Shown here in pieces: positions 10,984 through 22,436 of a stretch of 64,000 nt of DNA. This stretch comes from Porphyridium purpureum. Taxonomy: Eukaryota. The stretch spans positions 1,612,001 through 1,676,000 of the forward strand of contig VRMN01000004.1 of assembly GCA_008690995.1 (NCBI GenBank), given 5' to 3'. The notes under the pieces are model-generated. The model saw only the letters and a program-made list of their open reading frames with translations. It made no database searches and had not been told where the DNA came from. Within the stretch, counting starts at the first letter, position 1. Each line of letters opens with the position of its first letter. The translations under genes were made by a program, and so were the position numbers.

Positions 10984-11542
10984 TCGCCGCTAGAACAGGC
11001 CCGAGAGATATTCCAACCAAGCCGGCCAGACACATAAAAAAAAACTTTGGCGTCTCAGCTAAACTCAGACTTTGCTCGATGTAGACAAGGACCATCCGTC
11101 CGACAGAGCTCCTGCGCTTCGCACACCTTCGTCGGACACATATTGAGGCTAGGATGGTGCGCGCTGTGCCAAGTAAGCCAGGCCAGGCAACCCATAGCCG
11201 CCGCAGAAGTCTCATTGTCGTGCACAGAGGCGCGTGCAATGGACGCGCACAACAACCAATGCGGCGTGCTCGCGCTCGCAAAATGGCGCATTGAGCTGAC
11301 ACTGTACCTCTACTCACTTCAAGTCAAGCACTGTACTTTTCAGTGTACCTCAATGACTGCACGCCAGGAGGTCACGTGGCGGAGCGTTTGCCTTGCAAGT
11401 CGAAGACTGGTCTGCCCTCGTCCTTCACGGCTACTGGGCAGGATAGGCAGAGCAACCTCACGCGCGTATCGGCCTTGAGAAAGATGTTCAGATTCTTAAA
11501 GTCATTCGGACTCGCGAAGAATGCGTCGTCCGTGTGTCCAAT

Positions 11543-13366
11543 TTAGCCGTCTTCCACACTTTGCCGCCAAATCACGTACTGCTCCATGTCAATGTTATAT
11601 GTACCGCCCATGTCTTCAGGAAGGTTGTCCGCATCGATTGCCTCAAGAATGGTGTCGCGCGTGTAAAACTCCCACTTGCTCGCAAACTTGGCGCTCATCA
11701 TCGGGCGGATGATACTCCACACTCTTGAGAACCATGGCGGCGTGTCGACCATGAGCCATGAGGAAAGCGGCACGGGAAAGCGGAACTGCATCTGATGAAA
11801 CCACGCCGCGGCGTACTTGACAGAAAAGTTGTCCCACGTCCAGTCCCTCATGTCAGCCATAAATGTGAAACCCGTCTGCTGAATTTCTTCCTCGGCGCAA
11901 ACACGCTCATAAATGTACGCCGACGCCTCCATGAGCAACGTCAGATCCATGGTTTTGGGAAAGTAGCGTCCGGGACGCATAAACATGATTCGGTTGCCTT
12001 TGCGCGTGCGCATGTCCGGCGGTGACATGATCAAGGCTTCTAGCAGCATATTCTTGACACGGTCTACTGTCAGTAGCGTTGGCGTAAGATCAAAGCGCGC
12101 GTACCATTTGCTGTACTGCTTCAGAAGGGCAAGTGCAGGTCTCACTTGCCAGTTGCGGTTGCGAAGAAAGAGCTTTAGGTCTTCGTCCGACAAATCCAGT
12201 CGTTCAGCGGTTGGGTGCATTTTCCGACGCAATTCAATGAGCAGCGAGTTCAGCACGTCATCAGGCGGTGGATTATTGCGCGCGTCCTCACTCCAGAGCA
12301 GACTTGTGTCGAGTAGGTCATCTTCACAAAGTTCGTCCTGGTGTCCATCATCGTCCGAGTTGCCGCTGCTTCCTGAAACGCGCCGCGCTCCACCAAACCA
12401 GGTCTTGATCCTGCTTGTCCCGCCGTCCTGCGCATTCGAACCGCGCAGAACCGGGTCTTTGCCGGCAAGATGGTCTACATGAACGTATACGTCCTTCTTG
12501 CCATTCTTCGTCCCACTTTTATCGCTCTTCGCGCTCCGGCTGGTCATGCCATGTGTAGCCCTCTGACCTGCACTGAGCACCGAATCTGCATCAATTAGGG
12601 CCGCAACTTCTTCGTTGGCATCATGACGCCTCTGGCGAGAGAACGCAAGCGGCAGACGAGTGCGAAAACCCAGCTCACCACTGGCTCGAAGCCTGTCAGA
12701 TGGGTCACCATGCGTGCGCGAGCTCGGGCGCTTCGGGTGAGACGTGGGTCCTCCACCGCTCTTTTCGGGGTCTTTACAATCTCGGTTCCGCATCTCGTCA
12801 CCGCGATCGCGATTCTCTCTTTGTTGCTGCTCACTGCTCACCCCTGCGGCGCGCATCAGATTTGTATCTGAAAAGCGCTTCCGCAAACGGCCTTCCAGAT
12901 CGACAGACGAGCCGAGCGAATCATTCTCGTCCACTTGAGAGAAATCATGCGCCTGGGAGAAAGTGTCACTGCCATCGTAAGGCGGGGTGGTGAGATCGCT
13001 TGTCACGAGTTTACCCGCCGAAAACGTGGGCGACTTCTCCATGCTCTGTTTGCCACTGGAGTTTCTCGGGAGTCTGTCCGACGCCTCGGCGTATCTGGTG
13101 GTCGAACCGCCCACAATCTTGGACGGCCTCACCGTGGGCTTCACAACGCCGCCACTTTTGTTATCTAAATCCAGGGGCGACGTCGGGACAGGCCCACGTG
13201 TGTCGTGCGTGGGCAACGCAAAAGTCACCTTGACGTGTGCAGGTTTCGGCGACTTTCTTGCCAAAGCGGCATTGTGCGAGACCGAGTTGTTGGAGACGCT
13301 GGAACTCGTGAGCTGGTTTTCTGCCACGAGCTCGCTCAAGCTCTGTACGGGTACACTCCTCGGCAT
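11543..13366 (-). CDS. CRAL-TRIO/Sec14 domain protein, copy 1 (truncated, possibly pseudogenising)
   Basis: LKLFLRNRNW, GFTFMADM, QFRFPVPL, TPPWFSRVWSIIRPMM, LPEDMGG. Closely similar to 16955-19144 but with in-frame TAA at 13427-13429 and 11543-11545 where copy 2 has sense codons. First usable ATG at 13366. Confidence 0.75.
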   Translation of the reverse strand: MPRSVPVQSLSELVAENQLTSSSVSNNSVSHNAALARKSPKPAHVKVTFALPTHDTRGPVPTSPLDLDNKSGGVVKPTVRPSKIVGGSTTRYAEASDRLPRNSSGKQSMEKSPTFSAGKLVTSDLTTPPYDGSDTFSQAHDFSQVDENDSLGSSVDLEGRLRKRFSDTNLMRAAGVSSEQQQRENRDRGDEMRNRDCKDPEKSGGGPTSHPKRPSSRTHGDPSDRLRASGELGFRTRLPLAFSRQRRHDANEEVAALIDADSVLSAGQRATHGMTSRSAKSDKSGTKNGKKDVYVHVDHLAGKDPVLRGSNAQDGGTSRIKTWFGGARRVSGSSGNSDDDGHQDELCEDDLLDTSLLWSEDARNNPPPDDVLNSLLIELRRKMHPTAERLDLSDEDLKLFLRNRNWQVRPALALLKQYSKWYARFDLTPTLLTVDRVKNMLLEALIMSPPDMRTRKGNRIMFMRPGRYFPKTMDLTLLMEASAYIYERVCAEEEIQQTGFTFMADMRDWTWDNFSVKYAAAWFHQMQFRFPVPLSSWLMVDTPPWFSRVWSIIRPMMSAKFASKWEFYTRDTILEAIDADNLPEDMGGTYNIDMEQYVIWRQSVEDG

Positions 13367-14159
13367 ACCGGTTCCTTTCCCTGGTCGGGGCACTGTCTTC
13401 CTCCCGCCGCTCAGCTGATGATGCTTTTACAATTCGGATATGAGCGGCAGGACATTGCTGAGACCCACACTGCGAGCTGGCGAGTGGCCACGAGACCCGC
13501 GGCCGCTCCCGTGGAGCGTTTTCTTGTTCGAGCCACTCGCAACCGCCTCCGCTTTCTAACTTGCTCCAGTGTGCGCGCACGCGCCGTGACAATACCCGCG
13601 ACTCTGAACGCACAGGTAACGGAAATGCGTTGCGTGACTTGGCGCACCACCTCCTTCTTCCCCAACACAAGAGCGAATCAGGCGCCAGAATCACGCCGGC
13701 TGGCAGCCCTCAACACGCAGCGACTCGCACGTAACGTGCTTGCGCGGCGGCTCTCACCACCACCGGTCTACACCGCGCAATGCCTAACCCACCGTCCGTC
13801 CTTACCTCACGCCCAACACACACACACACACACACACACAAACGCACTCACACGCTCGCCGGCCGTGTCGCCGCAATTTCTGTCTGGTGGCGTGCAGCGT
13901 CGAGCGACACCGTGCACGGCCATAACCCAGTCCTTCCCTCCCACGCTTTTCTGTGCACATGCGGCGCCCCGACCTCAGCACCCGAATTCACAAGCACTCC
14001 CAACCGTTCTCAGGAAATGGGGGCCCCCCGGACAGAATCACCACACGAAATTCCACACCCCTTCCAGAATTCAAAAGCCGCGCGCGCTCAACGCCAGAAA
14101 GGTCAAACAGACCTCAAAATCAAAACATAAATGACCCCCGCTATCACCTCTCAGCCGGC

Positions 14160-14335
14160 TAGTTGTTTAGCCGTTTAGTTGTTTGGCCGGTTGGCTGGTT
14201 GGCGGGTTGGTTGATTAGCCGACCAGCCGTTTAGCCGATGAGTTGGATAGCTTTTTAGTCGGTTGGTTGATTAGCAGGTGGGCTGGGTAGCTGGGTAGCT
14301 GGGTGGCTGGGTAGCTGGGTGGCTGGGTAGCTGGG
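14160..14335. repeat. Minisatellite with 8-bp period (GTTTAGCC-like, then GCTGGGTR)
   Basis: gctgggtagctgggtagctgggtggctgggtag... at 14282-14335, preceded by degenerate gtttagcc/ggttggct units. Confidence 0.8.
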
Positions 14336-14706
14336 TGTCAGAACACTCTGTTTGTCCTTCAGTGACTGTACACCGAGGAGAGTCGGACGAGTCCACTGCG
14401 TGTATAAGCAACGCGCCGCAGGCTCCAGTAGATGTGCCGCGGTAGTGCTCAGAAGGTAAGGGGAAACTCTTTTGATACATTCAAAAGGGACTGTGTTTAT
14501 GTGAGTTACACATCTATAGGCTTGAACTACAGTGTCAGAGGTCCTCTACAAGGAAGCTCCACACTGAGTCGCCGACGCGCCCGTTGCCGTTCCGACTTCC
14601 TGCGCGTTTAACCTTCCGGGTTTTCCGATACCCGAAATTAGCGGCGTTCATGAATTCGCAAGACTTTGATTTGCAAGAAGTTTGTGCTACGAAGTAGTGA
14701 GGCAGC

Positions 14707-15038
14707 ATGGCAAGCGCCCAGTCCACTCGGACACTCGAGTCGCTGGCGGACGACATTGATGCGCTCCACGAAAAGATCGAGTCCACCTCAACAAGGCTTG
14801 AAGGTGTGGAGAGCATGTTGTTGGATGTGATGACAAAAATTGACGCGTTTGGTGCTGCTCTTTCCCCGTCTGGTGCTCGAGGTGAGGCATCAGACGCGGG
14901 CATCTCCGGACCTTCTCCGTCTTTACCTGCGGAAAGTGGGAGAGGCGGACAGTTATCGTTTCAAACGGCGCGTGAGAGGTTTCTGAAACTTTTCCCCAGA
15001 GAAGATATATTTTCCGGTGCTCCCAATGGGACACCTTT
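14707..15038 (+). mobile_element. Putative gag N-terminal fragment cut by an LTR
   Basis: Coiled-coil N-terminus, then FPREDIFSG (P..FSG gag-like motif); the reading frame runs directly into the LTR at 15039. Confidence 0.4.
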
Positions 15039-15324
15039 TGTTATCCGTTCGACCCCAGTCACCTAGAACGGTTCGGTTAATTCAAAACCGGTAGGCCATT
15101 AAACCAGGAGACCGTTTAATCGTCTTTAGAAGCTTCTAGAAGTTCCCGAACCTTCTAGACGTGCGCAGAAATGCCAATGATTTGCATTGCCATTTCTCTT
15201 GGCGTTTTGCTGTCTCTGGCGGAAGTAAGGGTATAAAAAGGCGACGCGCCTGCCCGGACTAGCCGGTCAGGTCTTGCTCGGAGAGAGAAGAGAAGCAGAG
15301 AGTAAAGGCACAGCATTGGTAACA
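15039..15324 (+). mobile_element. LTR, family A, copy 1 (no TSD)
   Basis: TGTTA...TAACA termini, TATAAAA box, clearly homologous along its length to 42943-43245; flanks CCTTT/TCCAG do not match. Confidence 0.85.
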
Positions 15325-16022
15325 TCCAGCTCGCAAACAAACGAGTCCCAGACCGCGGGAGCACCCCCGGCCTTGCTCGACGCGATCCACCAGACCAACG
15401 CACTTCTAAGTAGATACGACGCGGCCACGCGGACCGCCTTCGCCTCTACCGCTGCCCGTACTGCGGTGTCACTTGTGGCGGTGACGCCAACCGCGTCCGT
15501 GAGGGGCACGAATACTGTTTCTCTAGCCGCAAAAGGCCACGTCTGTAGCTTAATTACGGCCCTCGACTCTTCGCGGGTGTCGAGCCACGACACCTGCACT
15601 CACGGCTCCTGCGCCATCCTCGGAACCAATGCTTGTCGCAAGTTTTCCACCTCTGCTGCGCCCGAAATCGGTCAGCCGAAGCGATGATACCACTGTGAAG
15701 GAATAATCAGGGAGTTGTCTGACCTTCGTCTCTACCCGATGACCCGTTTACTCGTTATCTCCGACTGCTCTTCCTTACGTCTTCTCTGGTGAAGAAGCTA
15801 ACCACGCGGCGACCGTCGGGTGGGGTTGCTTTTATATACCCCGCCAGCCTGGCGTGCGCCTCTGCAGCACGGGGCGACGAGGTGGGTCTTACCACCCAGC
15901 CTCAGGCCCTGCACAACCCGACCGTTGCGAGGACGGCCCCGGAACCGCCACATGCGCGCGGACAGGCCCGCGCGGCACTGGACTGTTATGCCGCCACTTC
16001 GAAATGGTCCGAACATTTTACA
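15325..16022 (-). mobile_element. 5' end of a Ty3/gypsy-like retrotransposon (family B): 5' LTR, PBS and disrupted gag
   Basis: Minus strand: LTR 16022-15694 (TGTAAA...TTCACA, TATATAAAA at about 15830-15838), PBS TGGTATCA (15692-15685, initiator tRNA-Met type), ATG at 15617, early TGA at 15602-15600, then gag motif AASYLLRSALVWW...PAVWDSF; truncated by family A LTR. Confidence 0.75.
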
Positions 16023-16954
16023 GTACTCATATTAAAATATGAATCGTTTTTACCTGAAGCGTGATGTCTCGCATCCTGGCCGTCACCGTGATCCATCGAG
16101 CTATAGGCGTCCTGACGGAAAATCCGGTGGAGACGCTGGAGCTGGAGCGGCACGGCTTATGAAAGCGCGATGTGGTGAATTCCCCATTGCCTTGCCGATC
16201 CCATACCTGTCCTTATCCCGGTCAAGCGAGAAAACGGACTCGCCCTCAAAATGCGCATCCAACCCTAAGGTAAAGCCGTCGTCTAAGCTTGTTGAAAGCC
16301 GCGCAAGCGCTCATGCATGGATGAAATTCTGCCGCGCGCAGTGCGTAGCGCAACAGCACGCCCTGGTGCAAGTGCGCACAGGCGGCATCCAGTTTGCCAG
16401 CGTCAGTGCATTCCATTGTGAAAGACAAGCGTGCGGTACCAAGGGCCAATCCACCGAGCCTGCTTGGTCATGTGCGGGCAGCGATTTTAACCCATGCGCG
16501 CCTCGGATCTACTGAAGATACGTCTGCTTGCGCGCCGCAAACACGTGAGATCTGTTCCATCGAAACTTCGTCTGCCGCCGGCCGAAAATACTTGCTCGCC
16601 TTATCCACATGCGAATATGTATTTACATCTGCGTTTGTCTACTCACGAAGACCGCCGCCCACGCCAAACGGGACAAACAGCTCGTACCAAACGCGCTCGA
16701 GCGCTCTGTTCCGCGGTGCGTCTCCACGAGGCGTGCTGACAGTTCCATGCTAGCTCTCCATCGCTCCGGACAACTGCGAATCTTTGCCCCACAGATACAG
16801 CGAGTCTCTATCATCAAAGCTGTCAGCCGGATTCTAGCAGCTGCTCATGGCGTGTTGACACAGAGTCAAACAGCTGTCTGAGATTCAGCGGGACCGACTT
16901 CACCACGTCAAACACCATATTTTTAGTGTACCTGAAGGAATGGAATCCACCTGT

Positions 16955-19144
16955 TCACAAGTCGGAGAAGCGTTCGCTGTTAAGTCGAAGGCTGGGTTGC
17001 CGACTCCCTTCGCGACTACTGGGCAGGATAGGCAGAGCAACCTCACGCGCATCGGCCTTGAGAAAGATGTTCAGATTCTTAAAGTCATTCGGACTCGCAA
17101 AGTATGCGTCGTCCGTATATCCGATTTCGCCGTCTTCCACGCGCCGCCGCCAAATCACGTACTGCTCCATGTCAATGTTATAAGTGCCGCCCATGTCTTC
17201 AGGAAGGTTGTCCGCATCGATTGCCTCAAGAATGGTGTCGCGCGTGTAAAACTCCCACTTGCTTGCAAAGCTAGCGCTCATCATCGGGCGGATGATTATC
17301 CACACTCTTGAGAACCACGGCGGCGTGTCGACCATGAGCCATGAGGAAAGCGGCACGGGAAAGCGGAACTGCATCTGATGAAACCACGCCGCGGCGTACT
17401 TGACAGAAAAGTTGTCCCACGTCCAGTCCCTCATGTCAGCCACAAATGTGAAACCCGTCTGCTGAATTTCTTCCTCGGTGCAAACACGCTCGTAAATGTA
17501 CGCCGACGCCTCCATGAGCAACGTTAGATCCATGGTTTTGGGAAAGTAGAGTCCTGGGCGCATAAACATGATTCGGTTACCCTTACGCGTGCGCATACCC
17601 GGCGGCGACATGATGACGTTCTGCAGCAGCATATTCTCGACGCGGTCCACCGTCAGCAGCGTCGGCGTAAGATCAAAGCGCGCGTACCATTTGCTATACT
17701 GCTTCAGAAGGGCAAGTGCAGGCCTCACGTGCCAGTTCCGGTTGCGCAGAAAGAGCTTTAGGTCTTCGTCAGACAAGTCCAGCCGTTCAGCGGTTGGGTG
17801 CATTTTCCGACGCAAGTCAATAAGCAGCGAGTTCAGCACGTCATCAGGCGGTGGGTTATTGCGTGCGTCTTCGCTCCAGTTCAAACTCATACCGAGCAGG
17901 TCATCTTCACAAATTTCGACCTTGTGTCGATCATCGTCCGAGTTGCCGCTGCTTCCTGACACGCGCCGCGCTCCACCAAACCACGCCTTGATCCTGCTTG
18001 TCCCGCTGTCCTGCGCATTCGAACTGCGCAGAATCGGGTCTTTGCCGGCAAGATGGTCTACGTGAACGTATATGTCATTCTTACCATTCTTTGTACCTCC
18101 TCTATTATTCGTCACGCTTCTGTTCATCAAGTTATTGATATTTTTGCTCTCATCTGCATTGAGCACCGCTTCTGCATCAAAAAGGGCCAAAACTTCTTCG
18201 TTCGAATCACGACGCTTACGGCGCGAGGAGCCGAGCGAAACGCGGGTGCGAAAACCTAGCCCACCACTGGCTGAAAGCCTGGTCCACGCGTCACCACGTG
18301 CACGCGAGCTCGAGTGCTGCGGGAGAGCCGTGCGTCCTTCACCGCTCCTTCGCTGGTCTATGCTATCTCGGCCCCGCCTCTGGTCACCGCTCGTTCGGCT
18401 TTCTCGCTCGTGCTGGTCATCGGCATCCTGCTCGGGGCGCATCAGATTTACATCTGAGAAGCGCTTGCGCAAACGGCCCTCCAGATCGACCGAAAAGTCC
18501 AACGTATCATTTTCGCCCACTTCTGAGAAATCATGCGCCTGTGAAAACGGGTCGCTGCCACCGTTCAGCGGGCTGGTGAGATCGCTCGTGAACTGATCAC
18601 CCGCTGAAACGGAGCGCAACTTTTCCATGCTCTGTTTGCCACCTGGGTTCCTGAGGAATTCGTCCGACGCCTTGGCGTAACTGGTGCTCGAACCGCCCAT
18701 AATCTTCGGTGGCCTCACTGTGGGCTTCACGACGCTGCCGCCATTGCTGTTCACATCTGAGGGCGACGTCGCGACGGGCCCAAGCTTATTGTGTCTGTGC
18801 GCGGTAGGAGAAACCTGGACGTACCCAGGATTCGACGACGACCTTCCTGACGCGGCATTCTGCGAGGCCGAGTTGTTGGTGACGCTGGAACTCATGAGCT
18901 GGGTTTCGGCGACGAGCTCGCTCAAGCTGTGCAGGGGCACATTCCCGTCCGTGCTGTGTCCCTTCTCCGGTGAGGGTAATGTACCGCTCCCCTGACGTTG
19001 CTTGAGCAGTTCGGCTGAGAGCGGCAGGACATTGTTGAGGTCCGTACTGACGGACCGCGAGTGGCCACGAGACCCGCGACCGCTCCCGCGGAGCTTTATC
19101 TTGTTCGAGCTATTCGAGAACGCCTTCATGTCGTCACTGTCCAA
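16955..19144 (-). CDS. CRAL-TRIO/Sec14 domain protein, copy 2 (intact)
   Basis: 729-aa ORF with a long Ser-rich disordered N-terminus and C-terminal CRAL-TRIO domain (LPEDMGG). Confidence 0.88.
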   Translation of the reverse strand: MDSDDMKAFSNSSNKIKLRGSGRGSRGHSRSVSTDLNNVLPLSAELLKQRQGSGTLPSPEKGHSTDGNVPLHSLSELVAETQLMSSSVTNNSASQNAASGRSSSNPGYVQVSPTAHRHNKLGPVATSPSDVNSNGGSVVKPTVRPPKIMGGSSTSYAKASDEFLRNPGGKQSMEKLRSVSAGDQFTSDLTSPLNGGSDPFSQAHDFSEVGENDTLDFSVDLEGRLRKRFSDVNLMRPEQDADDQHERESRTSGDQRRGRDSIDQRRSGEGRTALPQHSSSRARGDAWTRLSASGGLGFRTRVSLGSSRRKRRDSNEEVLALFDAEAVLNADESKNINNLMNRSVTNNRGGTKNGKNDIYVHVDHLAGKDPILRSSNAQDSGTSRIKAWFGGARRVSGSSGNSDDDRHKVEICEDDLLGMSLNWSEDARNNPPPDDVLNSLLIDLRRKMHPTAERLDLSDEDLKLFLRNRNWHVRPALALLKQYSKWYARFDLTPTLLTVDRVENMLLQNVIMSPPGMRTRKGNRIMFMRPGLYFPKTMDLTLLMEASAYIYERVCTEEEIQQTGFTFVADMRDWTWDNFSVKYAAAWFHQMQFRFPVPLSSWLMVDTPPWFSRVWIIIRPMMSASFASKWEFYTRDTILEAIDADNLPEDMGGTYNIDMEQYVIWRRRVEDGEIGYTDDAYFASPNDFKNLNIFLKADAREVALPILPSSREGSRQPSLRLNSERFSDL

Positions 19145-19841
19145 TCGCCGCCCGAGCTCGCGCGCACGCTAAGGCTAAACACGCGCCTCAGAGAGAATAC
19201 GAAAGGGGGATGCGTAGCGCGGTGCGCTTCCTCCTCCCCAACCCCAACCAAAGCGAAATGAAAGACAGAAATGGCGCAGCCTGCAACGCATGAACCAGCA
19301 GTGGCTCGAGTCTGCCGACCACCGGTTCGCCCCACGCAGCCCCGCAGCCACCACTCTTCCGCACGCCCAACCTGCCACTAAATTTTCACCTTCGAGCGCT
19401 CCTCCCCACTTCTCCTCGTGTCCTATCCAAGCCACTTCTTCCAATGCGCGCGTCGCTCGCTCCACGCCTCCGCTCGTTGCTGCGTCAACCCAACCCCGAC
19501 TCCCTCCCTCCCTCCCAAGCCGGGCCGACTGTCAGACTCACACCTCAGCCGCCAGCCACTGCAGGCCATTCACGCGGCTCGGACACGGCGGCTTGCTCTC
19601 TTGCTCGCGGCGCCACCGCGTCCTCGTGGCCGTCAAACGCTTCACGCCCTCCCGACACACCGTCTCACCCCCACTCACACTTGCAGTCACGCTCAATCCG
19701 CGTGTGCGCACGCTCCCACTTTACGGAGCGCGTCGAAAAGGGGGGGCGCCGCACTGCCGTTTCAGCCTTTCTACGCGCGCTCTCACTTCGTGCTTCGTAC
19801 AAAAGAAGCGCCGCCTCACTACAGACCGAGTTGAGTCCTCT

Positions 19842-19868
19842 GGTGGTGGTGGTGGTGGTGGTGGTGGT
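19842..19868. repeat. (GGT)n microsatellite
   Basis: Directly visible. Confidence 0.9.
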
Positions 19869-20571
19869 ATGTATGGATCCACTGGCGTGGCGTGCTCGCA
19901 TGGTTCGATGCTGATCGATCCGCATCATCGGAGACACACATGTGTGGTCTGCCTGTGAATGTGTGGCCGGTTTCCTTCCGGACTCTCTCAGTCGTTGCAG
20001 CTCTGGCAGCAGTGGAAGCACAGTCAGCACCACCATCGGCACCAGCGCGGGCATGGGGCATGCGCGGCAGTCAGTAGCGCGAGCCATCACGTGCTGCGGA
20101 ACATCGATACCTACAGACAGACGGGCACGAAGAGGGTGACGGAGAGCGAGAGGGAGGGTGAAACGGTAAGAGGGAGATCCGAAACGGACGCAAATGCAGA
20201 GCGCGACGAGACGTATTATTTTGGGTACAAGGCACGGAATGAAGTTCTGAGATGAGACACACGCGGAGATTTCATGTGCTCCTGTGCGCGACAGAACCAA
20301 CCGACACGTCGCATGCAGCGCTGCCTCTCCCGCCTGTTGACTGCTGTTGTTGTTGTTCCTCGCTCTTGTCTTTTGCGATGGCTGCGCTCGTGCGACCGGC
20401 CGCGGGAAAGCTTGGTGAAGAGGGAAGGGCGCGTGTTATTTTAATCATTCGGCTCTTAGAAAAGTACACCTGAAGTGTACTTATCCGGGTATCGTGAGTC
20501 GGAGGTGGCGGCGTTTAGTGGGAGCGTGTGGGTGAAGAGAGATGGGTTGCGGGGGAGAGAAGTGAATGGGT

Positions 20572-22284
20572 TTATTGGCGGAGGAGGAAGGGGAGGATGG
20601 AGCGAAAGAGGCGGTGGGAATGAGGGCCGAGGAGCGCGGCCTGGAGGATTGCAGACTTGGCGGGTATGTCCATGAGCACGAACATGCGGAGGCCGTATTC
20701 AACCCGCTCCACGGGGCTGAGCAGACCGAACGCAAGGTACGCACTCCACAGCGGCGTCGGAAGGTCAAAGAAAGCGCTGAAGAAGCTCCGGATCATGCTC
20801 AGGCGCTGATCGATCAGGAATTCGCCCCCAAAGACCAGAAAATCGCGCTGCAGCAGGCGCTCCCGCGTCCAGATTGTCTCGCGCCACAGCGCCTCGCTCA
20901 GCGATGCAGACCCGCGCGCAGACGGCGCGCTGAGCGCGGACAATATCTGCGCCGCCGTGGCTGGCGACGCGTTCAAAGAGCGCGTTAACGAGTAGCCCGT
21001 CGCTGGGTGAACAAAACCAGCTGCCCCGCCGTACCCAAGAACAGGCTGGTCCAGCTTGGGCAAAGCGCCACCCATGGGAATCAAGCAAAACTCCTCTTCC
21101 AGCACGCGTTCCACACGCACTCCGTAGTGCTCCAGCCGCTTGTACAGCTGCCGCTTCAAGTAATCAAATGGTACCGCTGGGCGTGCTACCAGCGATGTCT
21201 CTTCGACGAATATTCTCGTCGGTGAGCTTGGCATCACGTACAAGAAGAGGGGCACTTTTTCAGCCTCTTCGACCTCCTCAGGGGAGCCTTTCATGTGATC
21301 TGAGCGGTAGTCCATGAGCAGCATCTCGTCAAGCGCAAAAGGATGACTGGCGACATCGCACTCAATACCATACGCACCTTGATATCCCGGATCATGCTTG
21401 GTCTCAAATTCGATGCGGTCCTCGAGCGCATGCCCCGTAGAATCGACAACCAGTCTCGCTTGGAGTGTGCTTCTTACTTCTGATGCACAGTCCGTGCACG
21501 TGAGGCGAGACAGCTGCTTCTCCATCCCTCCGTCGCCGCTGCTGCCACCTCGGCCTCTACTGGAGCTGTCTACCTTTTCTACTGTATTCACGCGAGCGTG
21601 GCGCACGACCACGCCGGCCTGCGCGCAGCGGTCCAGCATGGTCTGTTTCAGCCGAATAGGATCCACGCGTGCATAAGGTCGTTCCAGTACTGTCTTGGTC
21701 TGCTCGCCGTCCGGAGCGAGAAATACCGTCGTGCGCGGCCACACATTCCGCACGCAGTCGCCATAGCCCGTCGTTTCGTACTCGTCCACCCACACGCCAT
21801 AGTTTGGCAGCCAGCGCCGGTCGAGTGTGGCGTCAAGCAGCAAAACTTTGGTGCGTGCGGCCTCGCCGCCGCTTGCCCGTGACTGCGCGCCCAGTTCGGC
21901 GGCCAGCGAAAGCCCCGCAGGCCCACCTCCAATCACGACGACATCAAACACGTCCTCATCACCTCCATCAAGCTTCTCCGCATCACTTGTCGGAACTTCC
22001 TTTATCTGCGGCATTTGCATTCTAACACTTACATGCGTGCATGCTCTCCGCATCCCGCCATGTACGCGCAGCCTGCTGTCCTGCAGTCCGCATTTAGCCC
22101 GGGCTGTCTGCGTCCACACACTCGAATCCAAGGGTCTATTTCGTTGCGCCGCCGCACTCCACCCTTGAAACGCCGTACAATACCATACATGCGGTTCATG
22201 TGATCGCACCAAACCATGTCCTTCGCTACTGCGCACCGCCGCCATCTTTGTTCCTGTTCCTGTTCCTGTCCGTCTCTCCTTCAT
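20572..22284 (-). CDS. LCYB: Lycopene cyclase, CrtL/plant type, probably beta-cyclase
   Basis: VIGGGPAG FAD motif, NYGVWVDE, YQGAYGI, MLLMDYR, FLYVMP, FVEETSLVARP, EEFCLIPMGG, VHPATGYS; N-terminal transit-like extension. Confidence 0.88.
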   Translation of the reverse strand: MKERRTGTGTGTKMAAVRSSEGHGLVRSHEPHVWYCTAFQGWSAAAQRNRPLDSSVWTQTARAKCGLQDSRLRVHGGMRRACTHVSVRMQMPQIKEVPTSDAEKLDGGDEDVFDVVVIGGGPAGLSLAAELGAQSRASGGEAARTKVLLLDATLDRRWLPNYGVWVDEYETTGYGDCVRNVWPRTTVFLAPDGEQTKTVLERPYARVDPIRLKQTMLDRCAQAGVVVRHARVNTVEKVDSSSRGRGGSSGDGGMEKQLSRLTCTDCASEVRSTLQARLVVDSTGHALEDRIEFETKHDPGYQGAYGIECDVASHPFALDEMLLMDYRSDHMKGSPEEVEEAEKVPLFLYVMPSSPTRIFVEETSLVARPAVPFDYLKRQLYKRLEHYGVRVERVLEEEFCLIPMGGALPKLDQPVLGYGGAAGFVHPATGYSLTRSLNASPATAAQILSALSAPSARGSASLSEALWRETIWTRERLLQRDFLVFGGEFLIDQRLSMIRSFFSAFFDLPTPLWSAYLAFGLLSPVERVEYGLRMFVLMDIPAKSAILQAALLGPHSHRLFRSILPFLLRQ

Positions 22285-22436
22285 TCCCTCCCCTACATGC
22301 CGTCTTCTTCTCGACCTCCCAGATCACGGCTGAACCGTGGAAGGCACGGCGACATGTGGGAGCAGGTGGTAGCGGTGGTGAAGAGCTGGGCTGACATAGC
22401 TGTTGGTGGTGAGTGAGTGGGTGAGTGGGTGGCAAG

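Noticed and set aside
10862..11317. Upstream ORF possibly joined to 10381-10983
   Set aside because: Different frame, no motif or clear splice support; cannot be decided from sequence.
7731..14335. Short repeat arrays as CRISPR
   Set aside because: Units are 8-9 bp, contiguous, with no spacers; no cas genes; eukaryotic context.
15440..15548. CPYCG...H..C zinc-knuckle-like peptide on the plus strand
   Set aside because: Antisense to a better supported gag motif; spacing is not CX2CX4HX4C.
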